A DNA stretch of 64,000 nucleotides from NCBI GenBank assembly GCA_964016885.1, contig OZ024761.1:26970001-27034000 (forward strand), read 5' to 3'. The stretch is from Eledone cirrhosa (taxonomy: Eukaryota). A program made the position numbers and the translations under genes. The notes below the pieces were generated by a model. That model was given only the letters and a program-made list of their open reading frames with translations, did not search any database and was not told the origin of the DNA. Positions within the stretch are counted from its first letter, which is position 1; every line of letters starts with the position of its first letter. Below are positions 15,186 to 33,089 of this stretch, piece by piece.

Positions 15186-15338
15186 ATGTTCATCTCATAC
15201 ATATATATAACATATATATAACATATATACATAATATCATATTCTCTCACTCCTTCCTCTTCACGGCTCCTCAGACCATCAGTAACGTATCTACACAGTA
15301 AATTGTGTTTATTACAAAACTATTTATCTATCTGTGTT

Positions 15339-15378
<40 letters not shown>

Positions 15379-15420
15379 TATGTACACGTACATACATATA
15401 TGTATACCGACGTACAGTAG

Positions 15421-15461
<41 letters not shown>

Positions 15462-15717
15462 GTATGGATTCACCGAACATTTATTATAATGCTCGGTGTG
15501 TTTGTAAACCAACATCCCGTATTAAGCCGTAGTGTCTAGCAACCACCGTTGCTCGTTTGTTCAACACTGACAAAGGAACGTTGTACTAGTTTCAAGCTTG
15601 TTAGCTATCGTCAGCAACGTATACCCTCCTGCCAGATTGTTGAACGTATATAGTGGGAAATGAAATATCGTTTCATTTTTTCCGTTTATATATATATATA
15701 TATATATATTGTTATAC

Positions 15718-15767
<50 letters not shown>

Positions 15768-15771
15768 ATAC

Positions 15772-15811
<40 letters not shown>

Positions 15812-15815
15812 ATAC

Positions 15816-15877
<62 letters not shown>

Positions 15878-15904
15878 ATACGTTTATATATATATATATA
15901 TAAG

Positions 15905-16232
15905 CAAAAGTTCTATTTAAATTGTTGGGATACAACAAGCAAATATTTTTATAACTGATATAAAGCACTCGACAAGTATTTGGAGTAGATATACGATATT
16001 AAGAAATGGAAACTATATTTATAAAACCATATCTATTTTATTATACATATTTCAAGGATACCATGTTAAATTATGGTATGCTTTCATCAGACAAAATACA
16101 ATATATACCAGTTTTATAAATAAATATTGACATACCCTTTCAAAATGCAACCGTTACTTCTGGAAGACATCAGGGATAATATGTATATAGATATGGTTTT
16201 ATAAATATAGTTTCCATTTGTTAATATCGTAT
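15905..16232 (-). mobile_element. Family B HHR-cassette element with inverted terminal duplication
   Basis: 15908-16160 is homologous to 42677-42855 and to the reverse complement of 42912-43105; arms about 15990-16036 and 16186-16232 inverted; flanked by (TA)n. Confidence 0.78.
16034..16098 (-). ncRNA. Type I hammerhead ribozyme motif (family B)
   Basis: Minus strand: tattttgt CTGATGA aagcataccat-aatttaac-atggtatcctt GAAA tatgta TA ataaaata; stems I and II pair. Confidence 0.8.
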
Positions 16233-16280
16233 ATATATATATATATATATATATATGGTTATATATATATATATATATAT

Positions 16281-16471
16281 AATTGTTTCTACGTTAGGCA
16301 CAAGGCCAGCAATTACCCAGTGCATTACTGGTACTTTATTTTATCGACCCCGTAAGGATGAAAGGCAAAGTTAAGCTCGGAGGGATTTGAACTCAGAATG
16401 GCAAGGGCCGTAACTCTATACGTCAAAGCATGGCGTCGGACCCTCTCCCAATACTGTCAATCCACCGCCCT
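16281..16471 (-). mobile_element. SINE family A, full length
   Basis: Complete head, core and tail on minus strand. Confidence 0.92.
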
Positions 16472-16640
16472 TACATATATATATATAATATGTATATGTA
16501 TGTTCGTATATATGTATATATGTGTTACATATATATATATATATAATATGTATATGCCAATCCACCGCCCTTATATATATATATATATATATATAATATG
16601 TATATGTGTGTTCGTGCGTGTGTAAATACACACACAACAC

Positions 16641-16689
<49 letters not shown>

Positions 16690-17064
16690 CCACATACATA
16701 CACACACACACAGAGGAATAGTGAAATCCTTGTTAAAATCGTTTAACGTATCTACACAGTAAATTCTGCTTATTACAAACCTATTTATCCATCTGTGTTT
16801 GTGTGTGTATATATACATATATATACATATATATATATATATTTATAAATACGTGTGTGTGTATGCGTGTGTAAATACACACACACACCACATACACATA
16901 CACATTAAAATCGTTAACTTATCTACACAGTAAATTGTGTTTATTACAAACCTGTTTATTTAATATTTCTACCAAATTCCCAATTACTTTACATTAGTTT
17001 AGAAAACATGATAGATTCGTGTTTCTATCAGCGCATATAGATTAGTAATATTGAATATATCTAA

Positions 17065-17570
17065 CCTTCTCTCTCACTCTTCTCTCTCACTCTTCTCTCT
17101 GTCTCTCTTCTCTCTCACTCTTCTCTCTGTCTCTCTCCTCTCACTCTTCTCTCTGTCTCACTCTTCTCTCTGTCTCACTCTTCTCTCTGTCTCACTCTTC
17201 TCTCTGTCTCTCTCACTCTCTCTTCTCTCTGTCTCTCTGTCTCTCTCCTCTCTCCTCTCTGTCTCTCTAGCTCTCTCCTCTCTTTCTCTCTCACTCTTCT
17301 CTCTGTCTCTCTCACTCTTCTCTCTATCTCTTCTCTCTGTCTCTCTTCTCTCTCTCTTCTCTCTGTCTCTCTTCTCTCTGTCTCTTCTCTCTGTCTCTCT
17401 CTCCTCTCTCTGTCTCTTTCCTCTCTCTGTCTCTCTCCTCTCTGTCTCTCTCCTCTCGCTGTCTCTCTTCTCTATCTCACTCTTCTCTATCTCTCTGTCT
17501 CTCCTCTCTCTCTGTCTCTCCTCTCTCTCTCTCTCTCTCTCCCCCTCTCTCTCTCTCTCTTCCTCTTTCT
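17065..17570. repeat. Polypyrimidine (CT)-rich tract
   Basis: Nearly pure C/T strand. Confidence 0.95.
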
Positions 17571-17621
17571 ATCCCCCCGTCGCCCCCGCTCCCCCCTTTC
17601 TATCCCCCCATATGTATATAA

Positions 17622-17672
<51 letters not shown>

Positions 17673-17834
17673 TGTGTGTGTGTGTGTGTACATTAATTTG
17701 AACTCAGAATGTAAAAGGCCGTAACTAAACACGCCAAACATTGAGGTGAGGGGGGAGGAGTGTGTAGTCAATTAAATCGATCGATTTCTTCGCTGGTAAC
17801 TGCTTTATCGATCTCACCATTAGCGATGTCTTCA

Positions 17835-18590
17835 ATACCATCATCATCACTATCGTAATCATCTTCATTAAAATCGTTACCACAATCATCATCATCACCA
17901 TCATCATCACCATCATCATCTTAATTAGCATCACCACCACCACCACCATCATCATCATCATCCACCTTATCATAATCATTATAATTTCTATCAAATCGAT
18001 TATCGTGGTTATCAATATAAATGATCATCACTCCTATAGATCATCATCATCGCCGCCGCCACCACCACCACCACCACCATCAACACCACCACATCAACAC
18101 CGCCACCACCACCGCCATCATCACCACCACCGCCGCCATCATCACCACCAGCACCACCGCCATCATCACCACCACCACCGCCGCCATCATCATCACCACC
18201 AACACCACAAACCATCACTACCACAAACCACCACCACCACCATCAACACCACCACCTAAACCGCCACCACCCACCAACTCTACCGCCACTACCCCCAGTA
18301 CTACTAGCTCCACCACCACCACCACCACCACCACAAATAGCACCACCGAATCCACAACCACTACCAGCACCACCAGCTTCACCACCACTACCAGCTTCGA
18401 CACCACCTCTATCACCCCTACTACGCCACCACCACCACCATCTCCGCCACCACCACCATCTCCATCACCACCACCACCTCCGGCGCCACCACCACCTCCG
18501 CCACCACCACCATCTCCGCCACCACCACCACCTCCGTCACCGCCTCCGCCACCACCACCATCTCCGCCACCTTTCACACCACACCGCCTT
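17835..18590. repeat. (CAT/CAC/CCG)n trinucleotide field
   Basis: Visible; poly-His/Thr/Pro ORFs. Confidence 0.9.
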
Positions 18591-18729
18591 CTCCCCGTCT
18601 AATTCAATTGTGATTCCTAGACATATTTTTCACAAATGTAGTGAAATCAATTAAAGAAAATAGGGAAGTAATTTATGAGAGGAAAAAAACATAGACGAAA
18701 GTGAGATAGAAAACAGATAATGCAGAGCA

Positions 18730-20690
18730 TACGGTGTGGAAGGTGGGGAGTGGAAGATGGGGTGTGGAAGATGTGTGGTGTGGAAGGTGTGAAAGTGGAA
18801 GATGTGTGGTGTGGAAGATGTGTGGTGTGGAAGGTGTGAAAGTGGAAGATGTGTGGTGTGGAAGATGTGGTTGGTGTTGTGTGGAAGATGTGGGGGCGTG
18901 GAAGGTGTGAAAGTGGAAGATGTGTGGTGTGGAAGATGTGGTTGGTGTTGTGTGGAAGATGTGGGGCGTGGAAGATGTGTGGTGTGGAAGCTGTGGGGCG
19001 TGGAAGGTGTGAAAGTGGAAGATGCGTGGTGCGGAAGATGTGGTTGGTGTTGTGTGGAAGATGTGGGGTGTGGAAGATGTGGTTGGTGTTGTGTGGAAGA
19101 TGTGGGGCGTGGAAGGCGTGAAAGTGGAAGATGTGTGGTGTGGAAGATGTGGTTGGTGTTGTGTGGAAGATGTGGGGCGTGGAAGGTGTGAAAGTGGAAG
19201 ATGTGTGGTGTGGAAGATGTGGTTGGTGTTGTGTGGAAGATGTGGGGCGTGGAAGGTGTGAAAGTGGAAGATGTGTGGTGTGGAAGATGCGGTTGGTGTT
19301 GTGTGGAAGATGTGGGGCGTGGAAGATGTGTGGTGTGGAAGATGTGGGGCGTGGAAGGTGTGAAAGTGGAAGATGTGTGGTGTGGAAGATGTGGTTGGTG
19401 TTGTGTGGAAGATGTGGGGCGTGGAAGGTGTGAAAGTGGAAGATGTGTGGTGTGGAAGATGTGGTTGGTGTTGTGTGGAAGATGTGGGGTGTGGAAGATG
19501 TGGAATGTGTGAAAGTGGAAGATGTGTGGTGTGGAAGATGTGGTTGGTGTTGTGTGGAAGATGTGTGGTGTGGAAGATGTGGTTGGTGTTGTGTGGAAGA
19601 TGTGGGGCGTGGAAGGTGTGAAAGTGGAAGATGTGTGGTGTGGAAGATGTGGTTGGTGTTGTGTGGAAGATGTGGGATGTGGAAGATGTGGAATGTGTGA
19701 AAGTGGAAGATGTGTGGTGTAGAAGATGTGGCTGGTGTTGTGTGGAAGATGTGGGGTGTGGAAGATGTGGAATGTGTGAAAATGGAAGATGTGTGGTGTG
19801 GAAGATGTGGTTGGTCTTGTGTGGAAGATGTGGGGCGTGGAAGATGTGTGGTGTGGAAGATGTGGGACGTGGAAGGTGTGAAAGTGGAAGATGTGTGGTG
19901 TGGAAGATGTGGTTGGTGTTGTGTGGAAGATGTGGGGTGTGGAAGATGTGGAATGTGTGAAAGTGGAAGATGTGTGGTGTGGAAGATGTGGTTGGTGTTG
20001 TGTGGAAGATGTGGGGCGTGGAAGATGTGTGGTGTGGAAGATGTGGTTGGTGTTGTGTGGAAGATGTGGGGCGTGGAAGGTGTGAAAGTGGAAGATCTGT
20101 GGTGTGGAAGATGTGGTTGGTGTTGTGTGGAAGATGTGGGGTGTGGAAGATGTGGAATGTGTGAAAGTGGAAGATGTGTGGTGTGGAAGTTGTGGTTGGT
20201 GTTGTGTGGAAGATGTGTGGAAGATGCGGTTGGTGTTGTGTGGGGCGTGGAAGGTGTGAAAGTGGAAGATGTGAGAATGGAAGATGATGTTTGGAAGGTG
20301 TAGTGTGGAAGTTGGTGTGTGGTGTGGAAGATATGAAAGTGGAAGGTACGTGAGTGGAAGATGTGAGACTGGAAATCAATTAGAGAAAAAATAGGGGAAT
20401 AATTTAAGAGAAGAACATAGGCAGAAGTATGATAGAGAACAGATAATATAAAGTAGAAGGTATAGTGTGGAAGGTGTGAGTGTGGAAGGTATGAGTGTGG
20501 AAGGTAGGGTCTGGAAGATGTGGTGTGGAAGATAGGAGAGTGGAAGATGTGGTGTGGAAGATACGAGAGTGGAAGGTGTAAGTGTGGAAGGTAGGGTGTG
20601 GAAGATAGGAGAGTGGAAGTGGGGTGTGGAAGGTGTGGTATGGAAGAAGTAAGAGTGGAAGTTATGGTGTGGAAAGTATAGAGTAGAAAG
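18730..20690. repeat. G-rich minisatellite built on GTGGAAGATGTG with higher-order units
   Basis: Visible tandem array, homogeneous over 18760-20230. Confidence 0.95.
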
Positions 20691-20808
20691 TATGATAGCT
20701 CTATGTATTTATATATAATAGCTTTATGTATGTCTGTATGTATTTGTGTGTATGCATGAATGTGTGTATGTCTGTGTGTGTTTTTCGTGTATTATACATA
20801 CGGCAATA

Positions 20809-21005
20809 TGAGGGCGGTGGATTAGCAGTATCGGTAGAGGGGTCGGACGCCATGCTTTGCAGCATAGAGTTACGTCCCTTTACGGACTGAGTTCAAATCC
20901 CGCCGAGGTTAACTTTGCCTTTCATCCTTACGGGGTCGATAAAATAAAATAAAGTACCAGTAATACACTGGGGTAATTGCTGGCCTTGTGCCAAATGTAG
21001 AAACA
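20809..21005 (+). mobile_element. SINE family A, full length
   Basis: 18-bp TSD attatacatacggcaata at 20791-20808 and 21006-21023. Confidence 0.93.
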
Positions 21006-21099
21006 ATTATACATACGGCAATAGCTTGATCTTATCATCAGCTCTAGAACGAGATGTTACGACCACGATGATGATGATGATGATGATGATGTCGTTGTT

Positions 21100-22245
21100 G
21101 TGTTGGTGGTGGTGGTGGTGGTGGTAGTAATTGCGTTAGTGATGGTGGTGGTGGTGGTAGTAATTGCGTTAGTGACGGTGGTGGTGGTGGTAATTGCGTT
21201 AGTGACGGTGGTGGTGGTGGTGGTGGTAGTAATTGCGTTAGTGATGGTGGTGGTGGTGGTGATGGTAGTAATTGCGTTAGTGACGGTGGTGGTGGTGGTG
21301 ATGGTAGTAATTGCGTTAGTGATGGTGGTGGTGGTGGTGGTAGTAATTGCGTTAGTGATGGTGGTGGTGGTGGTGGTGGTAGTAATTGCGTTAGTGATGG
21401 TGGTGGTGGTGGTGGTAGTAATTGCGTTAGTGATGGTGGTGGTGGTGATGGTAGTAATTGCGTTAGTGACGGTGGTGGTGGTGGTGGTGGTAGTAATTGC
21501 GTTAGTGATGGTGGTGGTGGTGGTGATGGTAGTAATTGCGTTAGTGACGGTGGTGGTGGTGGTGATGGTAGTAATTGCGTTAGTGATGGTGGTGGTGGTG
21601 GTGGTAGTAATTGCGTTAGTGATGGTGGTGGTGGTGGTAGTAATTGCGTTAGTGATGGTGGTGGTGGTGGTGATGGTAGTAATTGCGTTAGTGACGGTGG
21701 TGGTGGTGGTGGTGGTAGTAATTGCGTTAGTGACGGTGGTGGTGGTGGTGATGGTAGTAATTGCGTTAGTGACGGTGGTGGTGGTGGTGGTGGTAGTAAT
21801 TGCGTTAGTGATGGTGGTGGTGGTGATGGTAGTAATTGCGTTAGTGATGGTGGTGGTGGTGGTGATGGTAGTAATTGCGTTAGTGACGGTGGTGGTGGTG
21901 GTGATGGTAGTAATTGCGTTAGTGACGGTGGTGGTGGTGGTGGTGGTAGTAATTGCGTTAGTGATGGTGGTGGTGGTGGTGGTGGTGATGATAGTAATTG
22001 CGTTAGTGATGGTGGTGGTGGTGGTAGTAATTGCGTTAGTGATGGTGGTGATGGTGGTGGTGGTGATGGTAGTAATTGCGTTAGTGATGGTGGTGGTGGT
22101 GGTAGTAATTGCGTTAGTGACGGTGGTGATGATAATAGTTGTGATGGTGGTGGTAATGGTGGTCGTGTTAATGCCTATGGCTGTGGTGGTAATGGTAAAT
22201 GTGTCAATGGTGGTGTTAATGGTGGTGTCAATGGTGGTGATGGTG
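21100..22245. repeat. (GTG)n-GTAGTAATTGCGTTAGTGAY minisatellite
   Basis: About 28 units with variable GTG count. Confidence 0.95.
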
Positions 22246-22715
22246 GTTTTTTTTTCCGGCTCCTATACACAGAGCAACAGCCAAATCTTCTGACCAGCTC
22301 TAGAACGAGATATTACGATCAACGACCATGTTGTTGTCAACGCCGAGCTTCGTTGTTATTATTTCTCATGTATTATTAGCAGCAACGAGTCAGTTTAAAT
22401 GTGATAAAATAATCTGAGTGTTAAGTTATCTCGTTGACAAGAACTGGATGACATTTTTACTACCTTCTTACATTTATTAAGCGAATCACATTTTAAATAC
22501 TTTGCAAATATTAGTTCAGCAGCTGATAAGCTCTTATCGCTCGTCGCCATTTTATGTTTCGCTGGTGTGGATCTCATAAATTATGTTAGCATTATACTAT
22601 TCCATTATTTTACTGGTTTCATGGAGGTGGATTAAGAGAATCGCTGGAACAGCGTATAAATAAACATTAACCAAATTTGCTGTTATATTTTCTTTGTAAC
22701 CTTTGCCAGACATTT

Positions 22716-22781
<66 letters not shown>

Positions 22782-23110
22782 AAATGTCTGGCAAAGGTGA
22801 CAAAGAAAATATATATATATATATATATATAAATATCATATATGGCTACGAGTGGGTTTCGTACTGGATGCAGGTTATTTTATTGCAAATTTGAAAATAA
22901 TATAACTACATCTGTTCATGTCCAGGTGCTGATATTTAGTTATGGACAGGACCAATAGCGACAAGTTTATATAACATGTATATTCATGTATAACCTGTTG
23001 ACTTGTACTTCATGTTTATAAATATACTCCGGTGTAAACAGACCCACTTGTGTAATTCGTCGAGTGCTCTACAGTGTATACTGAAGTGTTGGTGTTAAAT
23101 TAACTAATAC

Positions 23111-23146
<36 letters not shown>

Positions 23147-23358
23147 GAAGGCGTGTGGCTGATTGGTTAGAGCATTGGATTCGCAATCGTAAGGTTGTGA
23201 GTTCGATTCCTGGACCAGGCGATGCGTTATGTCCTTGAGCCAGACACGTTATTTCACGTTGCTCCTTCTACCTGGAGTTGCGACCGATAGATAGTATTAG
23301 CAATTGGAAAGACCAACGGAAACATTGTTTCCTCGGTCCGATTTGACGAAAGTCGATC
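23147..23358 (+). mobile_element. SINE family B, full length
   Basis: A box tggctgattgg, B box gagttcgattcc, V-like core, same tail as 2420-2512. Confidence 0.87.
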
Positions 23359-23363
23359 CTTAA

Positions 23364-23394
<31 letters not shown>

Positions 23395-23673
23395 CGAAAA
23401 TCTGTCTGATCGGTGGGTCTGCTAATATGCGAATCTGATTGATCAGGCAGTCTGCTAATATGCGAATCTGGCCGATCAGTCACTGTATATTTTAGAAAAC
23501 ATCATATATTTTAACTAGCTCTGACAGGTAAGCAGTATACTCTACTGATAAAGGGTAATCACCCAGAAATATTAGTGTCTGCACAGCATGTGTCTGCGTG
23601 ACAGTGACAACACAAGAGCAAGAATGACGCGGCCATTCTAATGACATGGTTTAACGAATCGGATATTATTATT

Positions 23674-24012
23674 AGAGTTACGGCCCTTTCCATTCTGAGT
23701 TCAAATCCCGCCGAGGTTAACTTTGCCTTTCATCCTTACGGGGTCGATAAAATAAGTACCAGTCATGTACTGGGTAATTGCTGGCCTTGTGCCCAAAGTA
23801 GAAACAATTATTAATAAGGGCGATGGATTGGCAGTATCGGTAGAGGGTCGGACGCCATGCTTTGACGCATAGAGTTACGGCCCTTGCCATTCTGAGTTCA
23901 AATCCCGCCGAAGTTAACTTTGCTTTTCATCCTTACGGAGTCGATAAAATAAAGTACCAGTAATACACTGGATAATTGCTGGCCTTGTGCCAAAAGTAGA
24001 AACAATTATTAA
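23674..24012 (+). mobile_element. Two tandem SINE family A copies (23674-23812 truncated; 23817-24012 full)
   Basis: Core and tail present twice. Confidence 0.9.
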
Positions 24013-24075
24013 TATTCGAAAAACTTCGATTACATTTATTGTATTCAGCAATGAAGAGCCATAAACTATTTGTTA

Positions 24076-24573
24076 TCTATATAAATTGTAGTTCTTGTCT
24101 GTTTGTTTGTTTGTTTGTTCACGAACTCCTCCTATGGTTTTTGAGATAGACCCCCATAATCATATATATTCTGAGACTACATTGTCCAGGGTACTTGGAT
24201 AAGTATATTTCATTTTAATCAAAGGGTTCCCCGGGGGCACAAACCTCCGCTGAAAATTGTTTCCCTTCGATTTATATGAAATATAAACCATGGGTAAATG
24301 GCAAGATATGATGCCTATTCATAAAAGTTTTGAATTGATATTTTGAAAAAAATTGTTTACAAGAAACAAAATAAGAATAAGATTTGATAATGTAATTTTG
24401 ATTGGACATATTACAAAAAATAATATTTTCCAATTTTGCATGCATTACATTTTACATCGAGTAAAATTGAAATGCAGAGTTTTTCTCCAAAAATTATATC
24501 ACTGATTTAAAATCAATCATTTTCTTACAAAAAAAAATGTGTGAAACGCAGCAAGACGCGGGTTATTCGGCTA

Positions 24574-24574
<1 letters not shown>
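24076..24574 (+). mobile_element. Non-autonomous Helitron
   Basis: Begins TC (tctatataaa) after A, subterminal tgtctgtttgtttg repeat, ends with a degenerate GC hairpin (cgcagcaagacgcggg) then CTAG before T; no TSD. Confidence 0.72.
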
Positions 24575-24635
<61 letters not shown>

Positions 24636-24642
24636 ATATGTG

Positions 24643-24696
<54 letters not shown>

Positions 24697-24703
24697 ATAT
24701 GTG

Positions 24704-24747
<44 letters not shown>

Positions 24748-24754
24748 ATATGTG

Positions 24755-24794
<40 letters not shown>

Positions 24795-24900
24795 ATATGT
24801 GTATATTATATATATATATATATATATATGTGTATATTATATATATATTGAAAGAGTGAAGAATAACAGGGTCGGTTGTACAAAAAGGGTTTTATTTACA

Positions 24901-24996
24901 GTATTAACAATTGTTTCATTGATCAGGTGAGTCTAAAGGCTGCTAATCACTCGACTTTAAATACAGTGTGTCTCTCTGATCAAATCATCGGAATAC
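24901..24996 (-). ncRNA. Hammerhead ribozyme motif with extended stem II (family D; core CCGATGA)
   Basis: Minus strand: gtatt CCGATGA t-ttgatcag...ctgatcaa-t GAAA caattg TT aatac; stem I 5 bp perfect, stem II 8 bp, palindromic stem III; one core substitution. Confidence 0.65.
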
Positions 24997-25204
24997 CCAT
25001 ATATTCAATAATGTATATATATATTTGTTTTGCAAGGGTCATATTGTTATAATAATATTGTCAGAAATAACAACAGAACACACTCACTGTTTGGTTTTGG
25101 CTCCTGTATCTTTTATATCTCCATAGTTAATGTATTTGGCAATCAATGTTTATCATTGATTGACCAACGGTTAAAAATAGATATGAATACATAGATATGA
25201 ATAC

Positions 25205-25369
25205 ATAGTCTATCGAAGTTCTTTCGTCACACATCTGAGACATCATCAGTGGTACTATTATATTTCTGGCTGTTGTTTAAACTAGCGTAGGCTTCACAAT
25301 ACAACGGGGGGAAACATAATAGTACCACTGATAGTGTCGCAGATGTGTGACGAAAGAAATTTGATAGAC

Positions 25370-25372
<3 letters not shown>
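25205..25372. mobile_element. Fold-back cassette with two inverted degenerate HHR motifs (family C-like)
   Basis: Arms 25205-25266 and 25311-25372; minus strand CTGATGA tgtctcagatgtgtgac GAAA gaactt; plus copy has CTGATAG. Confidence 0.65.
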
Positions 25373-25402
<30 letters not shown>

Positions 25403-26400
25403 ATATAATAAAACAATAAAACCCCATGGAAAACTTTCTATGAAATGACATCTCGTAGGGGGCTAGTTATAATTACATAGGTGTGATCTGAAATAACAGC
25501 AATGTACAACACGCACACACACGTACACACACACACACACACACATATATATAATGGGGTGTTGTGTTCCCGAAAAACTTTCTATGAAATGACATCTCGT
25601 AGGGGGCTAGTTATAACTACATGTGATCGGACACAAAGGAATCAAAGTAAAACAAAAATAAACAACAACAAAAATAAAGAAACAAACAACTTATTTAGCA
25701 GGAATTATAAATTATGTGTTATGAATTTCAAACTTGATATATTTTTCATGAAATATTGTCATACGTATCAATACCTTTTGAAATGGATCAGAAAGCTTTC
25801 GTTGTACACTATCGATCTCTTAGTTTCTCAGTATATCAATTGATATCTTGTAAGTCTTTGAATGTATTCTTATTAAAACTGTTTAATCTCACGGCACCTG
25901 ACTCGGCTAGTATTTCTATTAGAAATCTTCTCAATCATGTAAATATCACATTCTATATCGTGTGTACGCACACACGCACACACTCACACTCACACACACA
26001 CTCACACACACACACTCACTCACACACACACTCGCACACTCACACATACTCACACACATATATACACACACATATATATATATACACACATAAATATATA
26101 TATATATATACACATATACACATATATATATATACACATATATATATATACACATATACACACATATATATATAACGAAGGAAATGTGGTAAGGAACCAG
26201 ATGGACCATAACGCACCAATGTACTCAATACTTAGGGTAGTAGAGTGAGTAATAGGAACTCGTTCCTATATATATATATATATATATATATGTTGAAAAT
26301 AAAAGGCAAAAACAATAACGAAGAGTGCAGTACAGTGTTAGTATTAGGTTCACGCTTGAGAGTGAGGGGGAGGGGTATATATAATTACACACATATAGTT

Positions 26401-26455
<55 letters not shown>

Positions 26456-26571
26456 TGTATACATATGTATATATATATACATATATACATATGTATATAT
26501 ATATACATATATACAGATACATATATATATACATATATACAGATACATATATATATATATATATAGGTATG

Positions 26572-26633
<62 letters not shown>

Positions 26634-26840
26634 GTGGAACACTGGAAGGTAATATCCGTAGTGGTAGAGCACTCAGTCCATGGGACGAGTTAGGTAGAAG
26701 TGGTTACACAACAGTTAGTTGTCCTTCCTGTTCCGTATAACCATGTCCATTACGAGATGAGGGTCAGCTAAGGTGAAACAATTGTTCTAGGTATGGTGAA
26801 CTAACTGTTGTGTAACCACCTCTCTCTCTATATATATAGG

Positions 26841-26926
<86 letters not shown>

Positions 26927-27029
26927 AAAAGGTGCTAATTTTTGGCCGCCTTCTCGTCTTGGGCATTCCACTCTGCTTTTCATCCCCTTGGATTGTGTCT
27001 ATTATATTCCTTTGTTGCATAAATTTCGG

Positions 27030-27088
27030 AATACCTGATGATGTCACCGGATTCATACTGAACCCAGTCATGGAAATGTTCATAGATT
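27030..27088 (+). ncRNA. Degenerate hammerhead motif
   Basis: aatac CTGATGA tgtcaccggattc-atact-gaacccagtcatg GAAA tgttca TA gatt; imperfect stems. Confidence 0.45.
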
Positions 27089-27299
27089 AATGAACCTTTA
27101 AGGAATAACACCAGTCCAGCCTCCTGTTATTTTATAAAGTATTTTATAATATATATATATATATATATATTTAAAGGTTAACAAGGTTCAATGAATAAAT
27201 CAAACAATATATAAATATTGAGTTTTGTCATATATTACTCACTACCATAACTGAATCTTAACCATCTACTATGTCAGGGTATGTTGTCATGCATCATCT

Positions 27300-27366
27300 T
27301 ATTTTATCTGATGAGGACGTACTGTTGCAGTTAACTCAGTATCTCTGAAATATGTATAATAAAATA
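27300..27366 (+). ncRNA. Type I hammerhead ribozyme motif (family E)
   Basis: tattttat CTGATGA ggacgtactg-ttgcagttaact-cagtatctct GAAA tatgta TA ataaaata; stem I 8 bp perfect. Confidence 0.78.
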
Positions 27367-27406
27367 TACTTGATCACAAGAATATCTATTTTGTTAATAT
27401 TTTGAA

Positions 27407-27450
<44 letters not shown>

Positions 27451-27967
27451 TCTAAATTCCTTGTAGTCTATATAAGTTTGTTATTTCTCACTAATACATT
27501 TATCCCACCCCCCCAATTTTTTTTCCTTCGTCTTTAACAACATTTTTTAATAACATCTAACTCTTAATTATCACATCTACATGAATTAATATAAATTTAT
27601 CCCTATAAGTATACCTATCAATTAAATTAATTTAATTTCTTTTTATAGATCTAAATTCCTTATGTTTGAAATAAGATTTCTCACTAACACATTTATACTA
27701 AAATTTTATTCTCCTTCGATTTTAACATTAGCATCATTCTTTAAGAACATCAAATTTGACCTCTTTTAATCCCCAAAGTAATCTTTTCATTTAAAATACT
27801 CTTTCCATTCAAAATTGAAGTCTGCATTCCTCTAAACCTAAATTAAATTTCTACTACTACTATTCTATCAACTTGACCACTTACTACTTTTCTATTGATC
27901 AATTCAAAACCTGTTCCCAAACAGACCTATTATATTAAATCTTTGTTGTTTTTTTTCAATAAACAAC

Positions 27968-32967
<5,000 letters not shown>

Positions 32968-33089
32968 AGGAGGTGAGTTTTATTGTAATACAATAAAGCA
33001 ATGCAGATATCAGATAAGAAGCACTCTACAGTTTGTAGGACTGGAGTATACATAATATAAGATCAAAAGATGGTTAAAGGAGTTCCATG

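Noticed and set aside
18021-18602. Poly-His/Thr/Pro ORF resembling extensin or mucin
   Set aside because: Lies in a degenerate CAC/CAT microsatellite, open on both strands, no unique domain
18673-20379. 568-aa His/Thr/Pro repeat ORF
   Set aside because: Reverse reading of the GTGGAAGAT minisatellite
21100-22293. 397-aa poly-Val ORF
   Set aside because: GTG-based minisatellite; implausible protein
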